This document shows, in pieces, positions 33,861 through 49,670 of a DNA stretch of 64,000 nucleotides (the first letter of the stretch is position 1; each line of letters starts with the position of its first letter). Under the pieces are notes generated by a model. It did no database searches, was not told the origin of the DNA, and was given only the letters and a program-made list of their open reading frames with translations. Source of the DNA: the human T2T-CHM13v2.0 reference genome, Homo sapiens. Location of the stretch: the NCBI RefSeq assembly GCF_009914755.1, contig NC_060939.1. The stretch is one strand, 5' to 3'. The translations under genes were made by a program, and so were the position numbers.

Positions 33861-34512
33861 AAATTATTTGTGTTATTTTTTGGTATCACCGAAGTGTGGA
33901 TCTTTAACAGTGGGCCAGAAGCAGATGACTGTGAAGATGAAAGCTGAAACTCCCTGGCCCTCATTCACACGGCTGATTCCAAGACCCTGGGAGAGGCCCT
34001 AGCACAATTTGCAAAAGTGAGATATTGAAACCATGCTGTGTGACCAGCCCTGCCCCTTTCCCAGTGGCCTCCCTAGCACCTTCTTCTGTGGGGGTGTGCT
34101 GTGTCCATGTTTAGGATGTGAGCTCAGAAGTGTGTGCATTTCACAGCTGTGCCTTCTCCTGGAGACACGGAGCCGAGTCCAGACACTGCTCCTTTGGGGG
34201 TGCCATGAAAAGCTTGGCAATTTAGAAGCACTGTGCAGGGGGAGGCTGACAGCTGTTCTGTTGCTCCTTAAAGCTAGATGTTCACTACATCACTCCAACT
34301 TCTCTCTTCGCTCTTCTCTCAGGGAGTGGGCTCAGTTCAGACAGGACCAGCAAACCCACGTGCCCCTCCCATAAGGCATCATTGTTCATGTCACACATGA
34401 GCAGCTGTGTGTGGGTGTGCAAGTGAGAAAACGAGCTGGTGTCACCCATGCATCGTGGCCCCCTAAACAGCTGTGGGAGCACCAGCACTCCGCATTTTCA
34501 TACTACTCCAGG

Positions 34513-35350
34513 TTTTTTTAAATGACTGCTTTATTGAGATATATTTCACATACCATAAAATGCACCAATTTTATACCTTGGCATAAAGGTGTACAGTTCA
34601 GTGGTGTTTAGTATATTCACAGAATTGCTTAACTATTATCACTTCCTAATTTGATAACATTGTCATCACCCCAAAATGAAACCCTGTACCCATTAAGCAG
34701 TTACTCCCTATCCCCTTCCTCCCAGTCCCAGGCAACCACTGATCTATTTTCTGCTCCTCCAAACTTGCCTATTCTGGACATTTTATATAAAGTGAATTAT
34801 ACATTATGTGGTTTACTTAACCCATTCTTCCATTGGTACCTCTTGGGTTATTTCCACTTTTTGGCTATTATGACTATTGCTGCTGTAAACTTTCATGTAC
34901 AAGTTTTGGTGTGATTGTGTACATGTAGGACTGGAATTTCTGGGTCCTACGGTAACTCTGCATTTAATATTTTAGAGAACTGTGAAATGGCTTTCCAAAG
35001 TGGCTTCACCATTTTGCACTCCCACCAGCACGGTATGAGGGTTCTAATTTTCCCTAACCCCTCAAATACTGTACTTCCTTGTTAAAATCCTAGCCATCCT
35101 AGCGGGTATGAAGTGATATCTTGTACTATTTATTTGCATCTCTTGGTGACTAATGATGCTAAACATCTTTTCATGCACTTATTACCCATTTGTATATCTT
35201 CCTTTAAAAAATTCTATTTAAATTCTTTGCCCATTTTTAAATGGACTATTTGTCTTTGTATTGTTGACGTGTGAAAGTTCTTCATATATTCTGGGTGAAA
35301 ATATCTTATCAGATACATGATTTGGAAATATTTTCTCTCATTCTGTGCCA
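34513..35350 (-). mobile_element. L1MB 3' end
   Basis: gctttattgagatatatttcacataccataaaat..gtgtacagttcagtgg..aaaccctgtacccattaagcagt. Confidence 0.85.
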
Positions 35351-35869
35351 GCACTCTTTTAAATTTGCATTGACTTTTTTTAATCTTGTGGATTATTAAA
35401 ATTGTACAAAGCTAACAATTTCAAATTAATAAATATGTAAGTCTTTATGAATAGCTTAATTTTCACAACTACCAAGGCAGTAAACCTCAGAGGACTTAAG
35501 AAGGCACATGCTTCCAGGCACAGAGCCCGTGAATGTTTCCCCAGCCTGCACGGATCAAGGGTGATGAAGCTGCTGCCTCTCTCAGCTGCTGGTGGAGGGG
35601 GGTCTCCCCTTGCCACGTCAGCCCACTTGCCTCAGCAGAGCCCATTTTTCTCCCATTTGATGGGACCAAGGATCAGTGGCACTCTTTGGAGAATTACTAA
35701 AGAGAGTAATGTGTAAGCATGTCTAGACTTGCGTTTTCACGTTTTTAAAGCTACTGAAATCCTGAAAAATTACATGAAAATGGATACAAACGTAAGGTCT
35801 CTGCGTGACTAACCCCTTCCTACCAGCTCAGCTGCTTTCCCTCAGGGAACACAATTGGAAAACCTTTCC

Positions 35870-36405
35870 TTTGTGCCAACTGATGCCCCACAATGCAGCA
35901 TCCGTTCCAAGGACACACTTTGCTTGTTTTTTAAAAGATGAGTCAGTGGCCAACATTTAAAAGTCAGGAGATTTTATACCGAATTCCCTATTTCTGCCTC
36001 TTTTTGAAAGGCCAGATGATTTCGTGACCATAGGCAGATTCTTTCCAGAGAGGAGGGACACTGCTTTGCCTAGGGCAGTGGCTCCAGGTCCCTGTGGCAC
36101 TTACACTTCATTCCAGTCACCCAATCTCTTATTTATCCTCCCTGCACTGAGTTTGCAAATTCACCTCTAGGTAGTCTCTTTCAATGGCTCATACCAAATC
36201 TCTCTGGAAAAGACATTTTCCATTCCACAACAAGGATACATACAGTTATATACACATAGTGAAAATAACACAAAATAATATTTACTGGCACTCTGCATGA
36301 TGCCTTCTGATATGTTCTTTTGTATTCTGCTGTATTTCATTTTAAAATGCTGGACATGATCCACTGAACTGATTCTAAAGACCCAGTGTTTCAAAAATAC
36401 TGTTG
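35870..36405. mobile_element. Ancient hAT-type DNA transposon relics (MER102-like plus a neighbour)
   Basis: tggccaacatttaaaagtcaggagatttt; ends cagtgtttcaaaaatactg. Confidence 0.4.
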
Positions 36406-37458
36406 TAGACCACCCTGTTGTATTTTAAAAAGATAAAGCCCCAAGAGATTGAGTGGGTTGGTTAATATCTAGAAACCTGGTAAAGAAGGAGCTGAGGCTA
36501 AACAACCTGTAGGCTTCAATTCAAGGCCCCTTATTTCATAAGGAAAAACACTGAATGCCAGACCGCACTGAGTTGAGAAATCTCTGAAGAAATTTAAAGA
36601 AGAGTCTGGCGTAGTTTCTAAACAGTGGGCGAAGGGCTTGTGACCCAGCAGCAGACTTTACAATATTCCATAGAAGACCACAGAATATTCAGTAGAATCT
36701 ACAATGTCTCTTAATCTCTAGAGCCTCCTACCCCCAACAGTGGTAAATTTGTAACTGATGATTCCCCTGAGTCAATTCCAAGCCCTGGGACATTGGTGTG
36801 ACATATGCATGGGGAAAATAGCATTGTTCATAGAATCAGTAAAATTATTATTATACTTGGACACATTAACAACTACAGACAAGAAAATGATCCCAATTTC
36901 CAAAGCAGAACTTATTTCTTATTGCACAGAAACAAAAATAAATTTGGAACAGCTTGATATTGCATCTTTTAAATCAATGCTTGTCTTCTTTTCCTTCTAA
37001 ACATTTCTCAAAGTAGGTCAAATGCAACAGACCGGGAAGCTACCACTTAACACTTATCATTCAAAACAAATATCACTCTTCTGTAGACAAAAGGCTGTGC
37101 ACAGTGTAATTTTTCTCTGAGGCTGCTGCTCCTCTTAAACCGTTGTATCCTAGTTGGAAGCACAGAGAGAGGAGGAAAGTGGCAGAGGGAAGAGGAAGGG
37201 ACCCCAAGGGTAAGCATGGTGGCAGTGGGGCGACTGCTGCTCTCCAAGCCTCCCCACCACCCTCTTTAGCAGCCAAGGGCTGGAGACCCATAGAGGGAGA
37301 GCTTTCCAGAGAGCCCAGTGAAAAGGGAAAAGAACTTTTTAATATGGTATTTTGAGTAAGGGATGTAGTTTTTATGTTTTTTGGCAGCACAATAAACACT
37401 ACAGTTAACATCAACTCAGTAATGACTGGCCTGGAACACTGCTGTGCATTTAATATAG

Positions 37459-37817
37459 CATCTTAGTCATCTGGGGCTATTATAACAAAAACCCAAAAAC
37501 TGGGTGGCTTAAACCACCAACATGCATTTCTCACAGTTCTGGAGGTGGGGAAGTACCATGATCTGAGTGTCAGCAGACCCGGTGTCTGGTGAGGGCCCTC
37601 TTCCTGGCCTGCAGATGTGCACCCTGGCTGGGTCCTCACACGGAGGGAGAAACATCATCTCTTTCATATCTCTTATTATAATGGCACTAATCCCATCCGG
37701 TCACTCTCATGGCCTCATTAACCTCCCAAATGCCCCACCTTCAAATACCGTCACACTGGGGATTAGGACTTCAACGTATGAATTTGTGGGGGGGACACAG
37801 ATGTTCAGACCATAGCA
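37459..37817 (-). mobile_element. MLT1A-type solo LTR
   Basis: ctgggtggcttaaac..tttctcacagttctggagg..gtgtctggtgagggccc; perfect 5-bp TSD TATAG (37454-58 and 37818-22). Confidence 0.9.
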
Positions 37818-38246
37818 TATAGTTACATGCCATCTTCAGTACCACTGCACTTTTAGGAGGTGGGAGTCCCGTCCACATTCTCTGCAGTTCACAGACAGGA
37901 GGTCTGAGATCTAGAAAGGTCTTGAATTACTTAATGGGATCGTAGTCTTACAGCTTGTGAGTACAGGACAGAGTCTGAATCCAGGGCCTAAGATTGCAGG
38001 TACTGCTGTTTGGGGCCTACCTATGTTGTTTTATGTTGATAAACTTTTTGAGCATTAAAACAGCTATTTCATTGGCTAAATATAGCCTTTAGTTCTATTT
38101 TTTATGGATAAAAGAGTGCAATGAAACCTCATGTGCCAGTTATTCCACATCAACTTTCTTCTATTTTGGCTGCATGTATCTCCTCTCATATTTGTGAAAG
38201 AGTACTTTAAAGTAAATGGTACATTGTATGGATTTTCCTAGAAATG

Positions 38247-39571
38247 TAGTCGTCTCCCCTAATCCACGTTTTGCTTTCTGCAGTTTCACTTACCTTCAGT
38301 CAACCTGGGTCCAAAAATGCTAAACAGAAAATTCCAGAAATAAACAATTCATAAGTTTTACATTGGGCACCACACTGAGTAGTGTGATGAAGTCTCTTAC
38401 CATCCAGCTCCATCCCACCCAGGATGCAAATCGTCCCCTTCTCCAGGGTATCCACAGTGTACACACTGTCCACCCATTAGTCACTTCGGTACAGTTATCA
38501 AATCAACGGTCACAGTACTGATACCAGCGGGTCAGGGGAAGTCCCCATACACCTGTGGGACCTCCACCCCTGCCGGTGTCCAGGCTCTTGACACCATCGT
38601 GAGAAGGAATTCAAGGATGAGTCAGAATACAGTGAAAATACAGAGATTTATCACAAGGTGAAAAGTACACACTCAAGAAAGGGGAGTGTGGCATACTCAA
38701 GAGAGAGTCATGCCATGGGATTTGGGGCTTTTATCTTTATGGGTTTCTTTAACCAAGTGGTGGAATATTCCTGGAAAAACGTGGAGACTTCTCAGAACTG
38801 TGGTGCCACCCATTTTTACAACAAATATGGGTGTTCCTGGAACTGTCATGGGGTTGGTGGTTGTGTGGTTTACTGTGTTAATGAGTTGATAATGAGGTCC
38901 TAGGGGAAACCTAAGTCAAATTCAGTGCCGTGTTGGATCCAGTTGGTCTTAGCCAGTTTGGTCCACATCCTGGTATTTCAGGGTCTTATCAGCTCATAGC
39001 ATCTGCAGCTATTGCAAGTTCCCTTTTGCTCATGATGTGAAACTACTGCCTGGATTTTCTATTCTCTTGTGACCACACTGTATTACTCCTCACTGTATTA
39101 TTATGTCTCAGTATCACAGGGCTTGTGTTCAAGTATAATTTTTATTTGACTTAATGATCCCAAAGTTCAAGAGTAGTGATGCTGGCAATTTGGATATGCC
39201 AAAGAGAAGCCATGAAGTGCTTCCTTTAAGAGAAAAGATGAAAGTTATCAGCTTAATAAGAAAAGAAAAAAAATCATATGCTGTGGTTGTTAATATCTGC
39301 AGTAAAAAAAATCTTCTATTCATGAAATTGTGAACAATGAAAAAGAAATTTGTGCTAGTATTGCTGTTGCACCTCAAACTGCAAAAGTTACAGCCATAGT
39401 GCATGATAAATTCTTAGTTGAGCTGAATAAGGCATTAAATGTGTAGGCGGAAGATATAAATAGAAACACCTTCCAACCAACAGCAGTAGATTCAGCACTA
39501 TCCATGGTTTCCAGCATCCACTAAGGGTATTAGAACATATCCCCCATGGAGGCTACTGCAGGGGACTGCTG
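38247..39571 (+). mobile_element. MER44/Tigger7 DNA transposon split by an LTR
   Basis: gaaaattccagaaataaacaattcataagtttta; transposase N-terminal remnant from ~39196 (MPKRSHEVLPLREKMKVISLIRKEKKSYA, then frameshift). Confidence 0.85.
38519..39110 (-). mobile_element. ERV1 (MER4-group-like) solo LTR nested in MER44
   Basis: TG..CA ends, TSD gtac/gtat, tccaggctcttgacacc..aaggaattcaaggatgagtc. Confidence 0.75.
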
Positions 39572-39637
39572 TGCTTCATTAGCTACCTCTAACAGACATG
39601 CCTCTGTTAATCCAATGTCATAATTACACAAAGTTAG

Positions 39638-40103
<466 letters not shown>

Positions 40104-40653
40104 TAAAAATTCCTTCTATTTATTTGGGCAGAAACTAGGCCATTTTGCCCATCAAATCTCACACATCCTAGGTTTGGCTGACTATATTCTCATGGTGTCA
40201 TGTAAGGTGTTTCTCTATCCCCCACATTTTCTGTAAACAGTAGTTAATTCTAGAACTTTGCTTAGCTTCAAGTTGAACTCTTGGGATAAGAACATATCAT
40301 AGGCAGCCCTGTATAATTCTTTGCCTTACAATGGAAAGAACATAATATCTGTTCCTGCTGCCTTGACGACATAAGACAGACTCTTCAGTGGGTAACAGCC
40401 TTGGCCTCTGGTGCTCCCAGATTCATCGGACGCTGTGAAGTGGCATATTCTAATTATATCATTCCTCCTGCATTTGTTAGTGGTTTGTTTATTGAAAAAA
40501 CTTGCACATCAGTACTTATTTAGCCTGAAATTCAGTATCTACAGGAAAGACAGGGAAAATGCTTAATTCTTTCCCTTTACTTATCAAATTTCAGTGTGAT
40601 TTGTTGGTGCCCAGTACCTTGCATTTCTCTTATTAGGAGTGAATTTGGGTGTC

Positions 40654-40960
40654 TTTTTTTCTTTTTCTTTTTTCTTTCTTTCTCTCTCTTTTTTTTTTTC
40701 TTGAGGCGGAGTCTCGCTCTGTAATGGCGCGATCTTAGCTCACTGCAACCTCCGCCTCCTGGGTTCAAGCAGTTCTTCTACCTCAGCCTCCCAAGTAACT
40801 GAGATTACAGGTGCACGCCGCCATGCCCAGCTATTTTTTTTTTAAATTTGTATTTTAGTAGAGATGGGGTTTCACCGTGTTGGCTATGCTGGTCTCGAAC
40901 TCCTGAGCTCAGGCAATCCACTCACCTCAGCCTCCCAAAGTGCTAGGATTACAGGTGTGA
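40654..40960 (-). mobile_element. AluS, slightly 5'-truncated with a small internal deletion
   Basis: gagtctcgctctgt^aatggcgcgatc lacks ~17 nt; ends at caggtgtga; gggtgt on both flanks. Confidence 0.92.
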
Positions 40961-41398
40961 GGGTGTAATCCTTTTTTTTTTTTTATTGGCTTATGGGCCA
41001 TTTTTATTTCTTCCTTTGTTAACTGTTTATTCACAGTTTCTACCTTTTCATCCTATTGGATTTTTGGTCTTATTTTTCTTGTGCCTATAAATCATTCTTT
41101 ATTAGCATAATTAGTCCTTTTCCTGTTACATATTAACTCTGTTTTCCCCAAATTGTTATTTGCCATTTTTACTTTTCTTATAGGGTACTTTTTTGCCATG
41201 CTTTTTTTAAATCATTTTTTTAATGTAGACAATTTTGTAAGTATAGTTTTTAATTACCTCTAGATTTTGAGTCATTGCTAGAAAAGTTTTTCCAAAGCCA
41301 AAGCTATAAAGGAATTTATTCATATTTCTCAAATCCTAGTATATGGCTGTTTTTTTTGTTTGTTTGTTTAATATTTAGATCCCTGATCCATTTGGAAT

Positions 41399-42113
41399 TG
41401 TAACTGCCCAGTGGGTTCATCTTGCCTGCATCCCAGATAGAGGTGATTTATCAAGACAGAGGAACTGCATTAGAGAAAGAGTTTAATTTTAATCCACACA
41501 GAGCCAGCTGAACAAGAGACCAGAGTTTTATTACTCAGATCAGCCTCTCCCAAAATTTAGAGGCCAGAGTTTTTTAAAGATCGTTTAGGGGGTGGGGGCT
41601 AGGGAATGGGTGCTGCTGATTAGTAGGGAATGAAATCATAGGGTTGTGGAAAGTGGTCCTCCTAGGCTGAGTTTGCTTCTAGGTGTGGGCACCAGAGGAG
41701 TGGCTGGTCCCAGTGGAGTCATCCAGGCATCAGAAATGCAAAAGTCTGAAAAGACATCTCAAAGGGCCAATCTTAGGTTCCACTATAGTGATGTTATTTA
41801 CGGGAGTAATTGAAGTTACAAATCTTGTGACCTCCAGACAATGCCTGGTTATCATTTAACTACACCTACATCTTAGTAGAATTCAGGCCCCTCTCATAAT
41901 CCTAAACTTGTGGTCTTTCATTGGTTTCATAAAGGCAGTTTAGTTTTGGCAAGGGCTAAAACTATAAACTAAATTTTCCCCAAAGTTATTTTAGCCCATG
42001 CTCAGGTGAACACAGGCAGCTTGGAGGTTAAAGGCAAGGTGGAGTCAGTTAGGTCATATCTGTTTCCCTATCATAATTTTCTTGCTGTTATAATTTTTGC
42101 AAATGTGGTTTCA
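41399..42113 (-). mobile_element. LTR8/LTR8A (ERV1) solo LTR
   Basis: tgtaactgcccagtgggttcatcttgcc...ttttgcaaatgtggtttca; perfect 4-bp TSD GAAT. Confidence 0.88.
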
Positions 42114-42649
42114 GAATTTATTCTCATATGTGATATAAGAATGGATCCAAATTGATTTTTTCTCATATGGCTTCCACTGATCATAAACACCTTCTTCCTC
42201 CTACTAATTTAAGTAACCACCTTCATCATAAACTAATCCCAAGAGAAGTTTCATCTTTCCTGTTTCTTTGATCAGTCTAGCACCAATACACAATAGGTTT
42301 AGTGTAGAGTTTTATAATAGTTAATAACCTATGAAAAGCTAGCCCCACTCACTGTACTTCTCCTGGCCATTCTTGCTTGATTGTTCTTACAAATAAAATT
42401 TATCATCAACTTTGGAAACATAAAAAAAGTTAATAATCTTCTTATTGAGATCACATGTAATTCATAATTAAACTTGGAGAGAATCAGCATCTTTCTGTTG
42501 TATGTCATACAGTCTTCCTATGCAAGAATATAGTGTGTCTTTACATTTTTTTAATCTATGTTTGGCTCAGTAATAACTTACGAACTTCCTCTCATAGGAT
42601 TTGAATGTTTTTTTTTAAGTTTATGCCTGGGTATTTTATGATAATTTAG

Positions 42650-43194
<545 letters not shown>

Positions 43195-45292
43195 TAAGTT
43201 ATTGGATCTTAGGAACATATGTACTCTCTCTCTGTCTCTACATATATACATATGTATGTATGTATATATGTATGTTGACTAATATATTTTAGCTTAATCA
43301 GTGTTCTTAACACAAACATACACTGCATTTTATCAAATATGTTTTGCTTTCTATGGAGATGAATGTATGATGGATTATACTCATGAATTTCTACTCTCAT
43401 TCCTGCGTAAATCCTATTAGATCATAATATATTAATGTATTAAAAGAATGTGCTGATGGATTCCGTTAACTATCATTTTATGTGAGATTTTACATTCATA
43501 TTTTTAAGCAAGAATGCTTTTCTTGTGCATTCATTATTAGGTTGTATATCATTGTAATACTCACTATATAAAAATATAATTAGATATTTTTCTTGCATTT
43601 CCTACTCTCTGGGCTGGCTGAAATGGCACTAACAGCATCTGAATGTTAAAGGTTTGGTAGAATTCCCTGCATACCCATTGGCCTGGTGCTTTCTCATACT
43701 TGCCCTCTTTTTGCAGCCCTTATATGTTTCTTCTATAGGACCCAAATTGATTTGCAAGGAAATTTGAAACTATGGAAAAGGGGAGAAATACACCTGTCAT
43801 TGAGAATTAGAACTAGTAAAGTGCAATTTTTTACAGGGGAAAGTGCTATGTAATTGTTCAGTAGTGTGTTGACTAAGACTGAATGTGTTAGAAGGTAGTT
43901 AGAAATGATTACCTTTCTGACAGATTTGACCAGCCACTGAAATTATAAACGTCTGGTCCAAAAATCATTGATAGTTTTACTTAATCTATGAAGTATTAAA
44001 TTTAATAAGCTGGCTGATCAGCTTTTAGTTTTCTTTTTTCAAATGCCTAACTTTGTATATTTTATTGTTATTTAAGAAAAAAGAAGTGGCTTTCATATTT
44101 TTATCATAGGTTGATAAGTCAGGTAATAGATGAAATGTATCAGGTTTCCAAAAGAATCTATGATTATGACTAGAACTGTGATTTCTCTGCGATGCTGTAG
44201 TGAATATTACACTCAAACTGATAATTTAGGAATTAACCTGTTATCTCATGATGTGTGTGGAAGAACTAATAGTTAAAAACAGTATCCCTTCACTTTCATG
44301 AAAACACAAGGCAACCATGAAGTTAACACAAAGTATATGTAAGGGTTAAACTCTGTCTTGTCTGTCTTAAAGTTTTCTTAATATTGGTTTCTAGGTTCAA
44401 AAATCAGGAAATGCCTTGTTTCATAGGCTTTACACAGAGGCCCTGAAGAGGGACTTCTCTATCCCAAGAGCCAGGGAGCAGGCCTGAACAGGTCCAGCCA
44501 TCACGGCCATGCTCTCAGGGCTGACTGCAGCCACACCACCACCACATGAGGCTAGACAGACAGACTGATGGAGCAGATTAGGAATTACCTGATATGAAGA
44601 CTTCATTTTCCTAAACACAGGCATTTTCTTCTTCAAAAATTTGGTGACAAGTAGTATTTGTTAATATCACAAATATACCCAATTGGCAGTCAGTAGAAAG
44701 GCCCAGACCAAAATAATTTCAGAATGACTAACAAATGAAATATAAAAATATCTGAGCATGTTTCAGGGAAGTATTACTTAAACATAAATACAAAGATAAA
44801 TATAGAAATTAATGATGAATTTAATATAAGAATGCTAAAATTCAGTATGTCAAACATCCAACAAAAAATACCAAGAGAGGAAACAAATGGGACAGGAGGT
44901 CTTTTCTAATGATTCAAAATTATCCACAAAAAAAGCTGCTGTGTCCCTCCAGCGCTTTGGAAGGGCCCCTGCAAGCAAGGGCTCTGTGTTCCCAGCTTCA
45001 TTAGCTTAGTGGCATGTCAATCTCTGATCAAATGCATTCACGACCTTGATTTGGGGACCCTGAAGCCTTCTCAAGAGTAGGAAGTGTTTTATAAAAAGCC
45101 CTGCAAAGAACAAAAGTGTTTCTATTAAGTCTTTGAGAAAACTATGGAAGACAGGCTGTATTTTAAATGATTGATAATCTTAATGTTCTTTTGAAACATT
45201 ACCTGTATTTCCATAAAGGTCAAGACAATAAGCAGTTTGGAAACAATCACCTCCCTACTCTTGAGAAAAGTGGATTTATAAAAAGGGTGGCT

Positions 45293-45855
<563 letters not shown>

Positions 45856-45859
45856 GGAC

Positions 45860-46375
45860 AGTGGTATGGTGATGATGACCGTGATGATGATGGCGATGAT
45901 TGTGATGATGATGGCAATGATGATAGTAGTGGTGATGGTGACGATGATATTGTTGATGATGATGGTCATCATGATGGTGATAGTGGTGATGATGATGGTA
46001 TGATGATAGTAACAGTGGTGGTGATGGTGATGACATTGGTGATAGTAATAATGGTGGTGGTGATGATGATGGTAATGATTGTGATGGTGATAGTGATGAT
46101 GTTGGTGATAGTAATCATGTTGGTGGTGTTGGTGATGATGATGGTGATAGTAATAATGGTAGTGGTGATGGTGATGATGGTATTGATGATCGTGATGGTG
46201 ACAATGATGGTGATAGTAATGGTGGTGGTGGTGATGGTGATGATGGTAATGATGATTATGATGGTGATGGTGATGATGGTATTGATGATTGTGATGGTGA
46301 TGATGATGGAGGTGGTGATAATGTTAATAGTGATGTGGTGGTGGTGACTGTAGTGATGATGACACTGATGATGAC
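45860..46375. repeat. Degenerate (GAT/GGT)n trinucleotide tract
   Basis: About 515 bp of gatgatggtgat... directly following the MIR. Confidence 0.95.
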
Positions 46376-46439
46376 AAAGGTAGGAAGAAGTAGGGGCGAG
46401 GAATTCGAGGAAATATTGTGGCTGATTATTGGATGACCA

Positions 46440-47545
46440 CTACATTATAATGAACCAAGGTGAACCAAAGGAGACCCGGCTCAAAAGAACATAAAAGCAA
46501 CAACAACCACAAAAAGCCAGCAAAGAACTCAATGGCTACTGCAGCAAACACATAATCTATAAAATTAGTCCAGGAAAGTCACTTAGCAAATAAGTGGCAA
46601 GAAGAGAAACAACAGAAATAGGGACAACAACAAACTCTGGAGTGGAGGAAGGTATCTGATATCAGAGTTGTTCCAATATGTTGTCTAAAAGCAACAAAGA
46701 AATAACAAAATCTTAAAAGACACAGAAAAGCATGCCACACACAAAGGAAAAAGCTATTAATAGAAACTATCATTGGAGAATTCTAGATATTGAATGTATC
46801 AGACAAACACTTTAAAAATGTGTGTAAAGAACTTAAGGAAATCATGCCTTAAAAAAATCAAAGGAAAGTATAACAACTAGATATCACCAAGTAGACAATA
46901 TCAGTGAAAAGGTAGAAATTGTTAAAAAGAACCCAGTAGAAATTCTAGAGTTGAAAAGTACAATGACTGCAATAAAAAAAAAATCACTGGGTTGACATAA
47001 TAACAGATCTTAGTATAAAGAAGAAAGAATCAGCAAACTTGAACATAGACCAATGGAGATTATCCAGTGAGTGGAACAAAATGAAAAATGAATGAAGAAA
47101 AATATACAGAAATGAATATACCTGTGGCACATCATGAAGAATGCCAACAAACACATAATGGGAATCTCAGAGGAGAAGAGAAGAGAAGAGAAGCAGGGGC
47201 AAAATTACTTGAAAAAATAGTGGCCAAAAATTTGACAAAACAATTCATTTTTACATCTAAGAATGTCAACAAATCCCAACGAACTTAATGAGATTGACAT
47301 CTGTACACATTATAGTCAAACTAACAATGTTAAAGACAGAGAACATTTTGAAAACAGCAAGAGAAAAGCAATATTTACTTACAGGTGAGTCACAATATGA
47401 TTAGCAGCAGATTTCTAATGAGAAACCATGGAAGCCATTAAGAATATTAGATCATGCCTTCAGAGTGTTGGAAGAAATGACTGTCAACAAGTAATTATAT
47501 TCCTAGCAAAATTTTCCTCAAAAAACAAAGGAAAAATCAAAAGAC
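46440..47545 (+). mobile_element. L1M 5'/ORF1 relic
   Basis: gaaattctagagttgaaaagtacaat..gaagaaagaatcagcaaacttgaa..ttgaaaacagcaagagaaaa..ttagcagcagatttct. Confidence 0.75.
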
Positions 47546-48200
47546 AAGTCACATCCACAAAAAACTTGCACCTGTATGTTTGTAGCAGCTTTATTCATAA
47601 TTGCCCAAATGTAGAAGCAACCAAGATGGCTTTCAGTAGGTGAATTAATAAATAAAATGCAATACATCTAGATAATGGAAATTATTCAGCACTAAAATTA
47701 AATGAGCTATTAAGCCATGAAGACAGGGAAAAAATTAAATGCATATTACTAATAAGCAAACCTGAAATAGCTACATACTATATGAGTCCAACCTTAAGAC
47801 AGTCTAGAAAAGAAAAACCATGGAGACGGTAAAAGGATCAGTAGTTGCTGCAGGGAAGGGTTGGAGGGAGGAATGAATAGGTGGAGCACAGGGGATTTGT
47901 AGGGCAGGAAAGATACTCTGTACAATACTGCAGTGGTGGATACATGTCATTATTCATTTGTCCAAACCCATAGAACGTGCAACACCAAAAGGAAACCCTA
48001 AGGTAAACTATGGACTCTTAGTAATAACGACATGATTAATCAATTGTAACCAATGTACCATTCTGCAGCAGGATATTGACAATGGAGGAGGCTGTGCATG
48101 TGTGGGGCAGGGGGTATACAGGAAATCTCTGAACTTTCCACTCAGTTTTGCTGTGAACCTAGAAGTACACTCGAAAATAAATTCTATTAAAAAGAAAAGG
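47546..48200 (+). mobile_element. L1MC-type 3' end
   Basis: ttgtccaaacccatagaa..gtaaactatggactct..ggaaatctctgaacttt..ttttgctgtgaaccta. Confidence 0.8.
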
Positions 48201-48201
48201 A

Positions 48202-48514
48202 GGCCGGGCACAGTGGCTCACACCTGTAATCCCAGCACTTTGGAAGGCCAAGGCGGGCAGATCACAAGGTCAGGAGATCAAGACCATCCTGGCTAACATG
48301 GTGAAACCCCGTCTCTACCCAAAATACAAAAGATAAAAATTAGCTGGGCATGGTGGCAGGTGCCTGCAGTCCCAGCTACTCAAGAGGCTGAGGTAGGAGA
48401 ATGGCGTGAACCCGGAGGCGGAGCTTGCAGTGAGCTGAGATCGCACCACTGCACTCCACAGCCTGGGTGACAGAGGGAGACTCCATGTCACAAAAAAAAA
48501 AAAAAGAAAGAAAG
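48202..48514 (+). mobile_element. AluY-like with TSD aaagaaaagga
   Basis: Diagnostic gaccatcctggctaac and gaatggcgtgaaccc..gagcttgcagtgagc; TSD at 48191-201 and 48515-25. Confidence 0.92.
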
Positions 48515-48525
48515 AAAGAAAAGGA

Positions 48526-49670
48526 ATTCTGGAGATGGATGCGCCATTGCGAATGTACTTTATGCCGCCAAATTGTGCCCTCAAAAATGATTCAAATGAT
48601 ACACTTTACATTATGTGTATATTACCACAATAAAAAAATTCCAGTCGCTTCAAAAGAAAAGATGAACCACAGAAAGGGAGAAAATATTTTAAAACATATA
48701 TCTGATAAAGGACTTGTACCCAAAATATACAAATAACTCTTAAAACTCAACAATATAAAAACAACCCAATTAAAAAATCAGCAAAAGATCTCAACAAACA
48801 CCTCACCAAAGAAAACATACATATGGCCAACAAAAGCATGAGAATATGCTCAGTATTATCAGTCATTGGAGAAATACAAATCAAACAATGATGATATGCC
48901 ACGTCACACCTGCTACCATTGTTATCACTAAAAAGACAGAAACTAACAAGTGTTGCAGAGGATATGGAGAAATAGAAACCCTTGTACATTGCTATAGAAT
49001 TTTATGTTCCAGCCACTTTGGAAGACAATCTGGCAGTTCCTCAATATGTTAAATGTAGTTACCCAGACTCAACAATTCTACTCCTAGGTGTATAACCAAG
49101 AGAACTGAAAACATATATCAACACAAAATCCTGTATACAAATGCCCATAACAACATTCATAATCGTGAAAAAATGGACTCAACCAAAAGATCTATCAACT
49201 GATGAATGGATAAACAAAATATGGTATATCTGTACAATAAAATATTATTTGGCAATAAATGAGAATGGAGTACTGATGTGTGCTACGATAGGAGTGAATT
49301 TTGAACACATTATGCTAAGTGAAATAAGCTATTTACAGAAGGTCACATATCGTATGATCCCATTTATATAAAATGTCCAGAATAGACCAAACTATAGTGA
49401 CAGAAAATATATAAGTGACTGCCTAGGACTAGGTGAGATGGGTGGTGGATGTGGGCAGGAAAGGGGGGAAAAGGGGAGTGACCACTACTTGGTCAGGTGG
49501 TTCATTTTGGTGATGAAAATATTCTAAAATTAGATTAGGGTGATGGTTCCACCATTCAGAGAATATGTGAAAAAAAAAAAACCCTGATTTGGACACATTA
49601 AATGTGTGAATTTTATGTATGTGCATTATGTCTCAAATAAAGGTGATTTAAAAACAAAGTTAAAAAGGAA
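48526..49670 (+). mobile_element. L1MB ORF2 end and 3' UTR
   Basis: ORF fragments KHISDKGLVPKIYK and WTQPKDLSTDEWINKIWYI; ends ctcaaataaagg..aaaa. Confidence 0.85.

Noticed and set aside
39196-39450. Tigger7 transposase N-terminus as a domesticated gene
   Set aside because: Frameshifted and stopped; internal-deletion derivative.
47371-47390. tttacttacAG|GTGAGT as a recursive splice site
   Set aside because: Perfect donor, but the pyrimidine tract is short and sits in a purine-rich L1 ORF1 relic.
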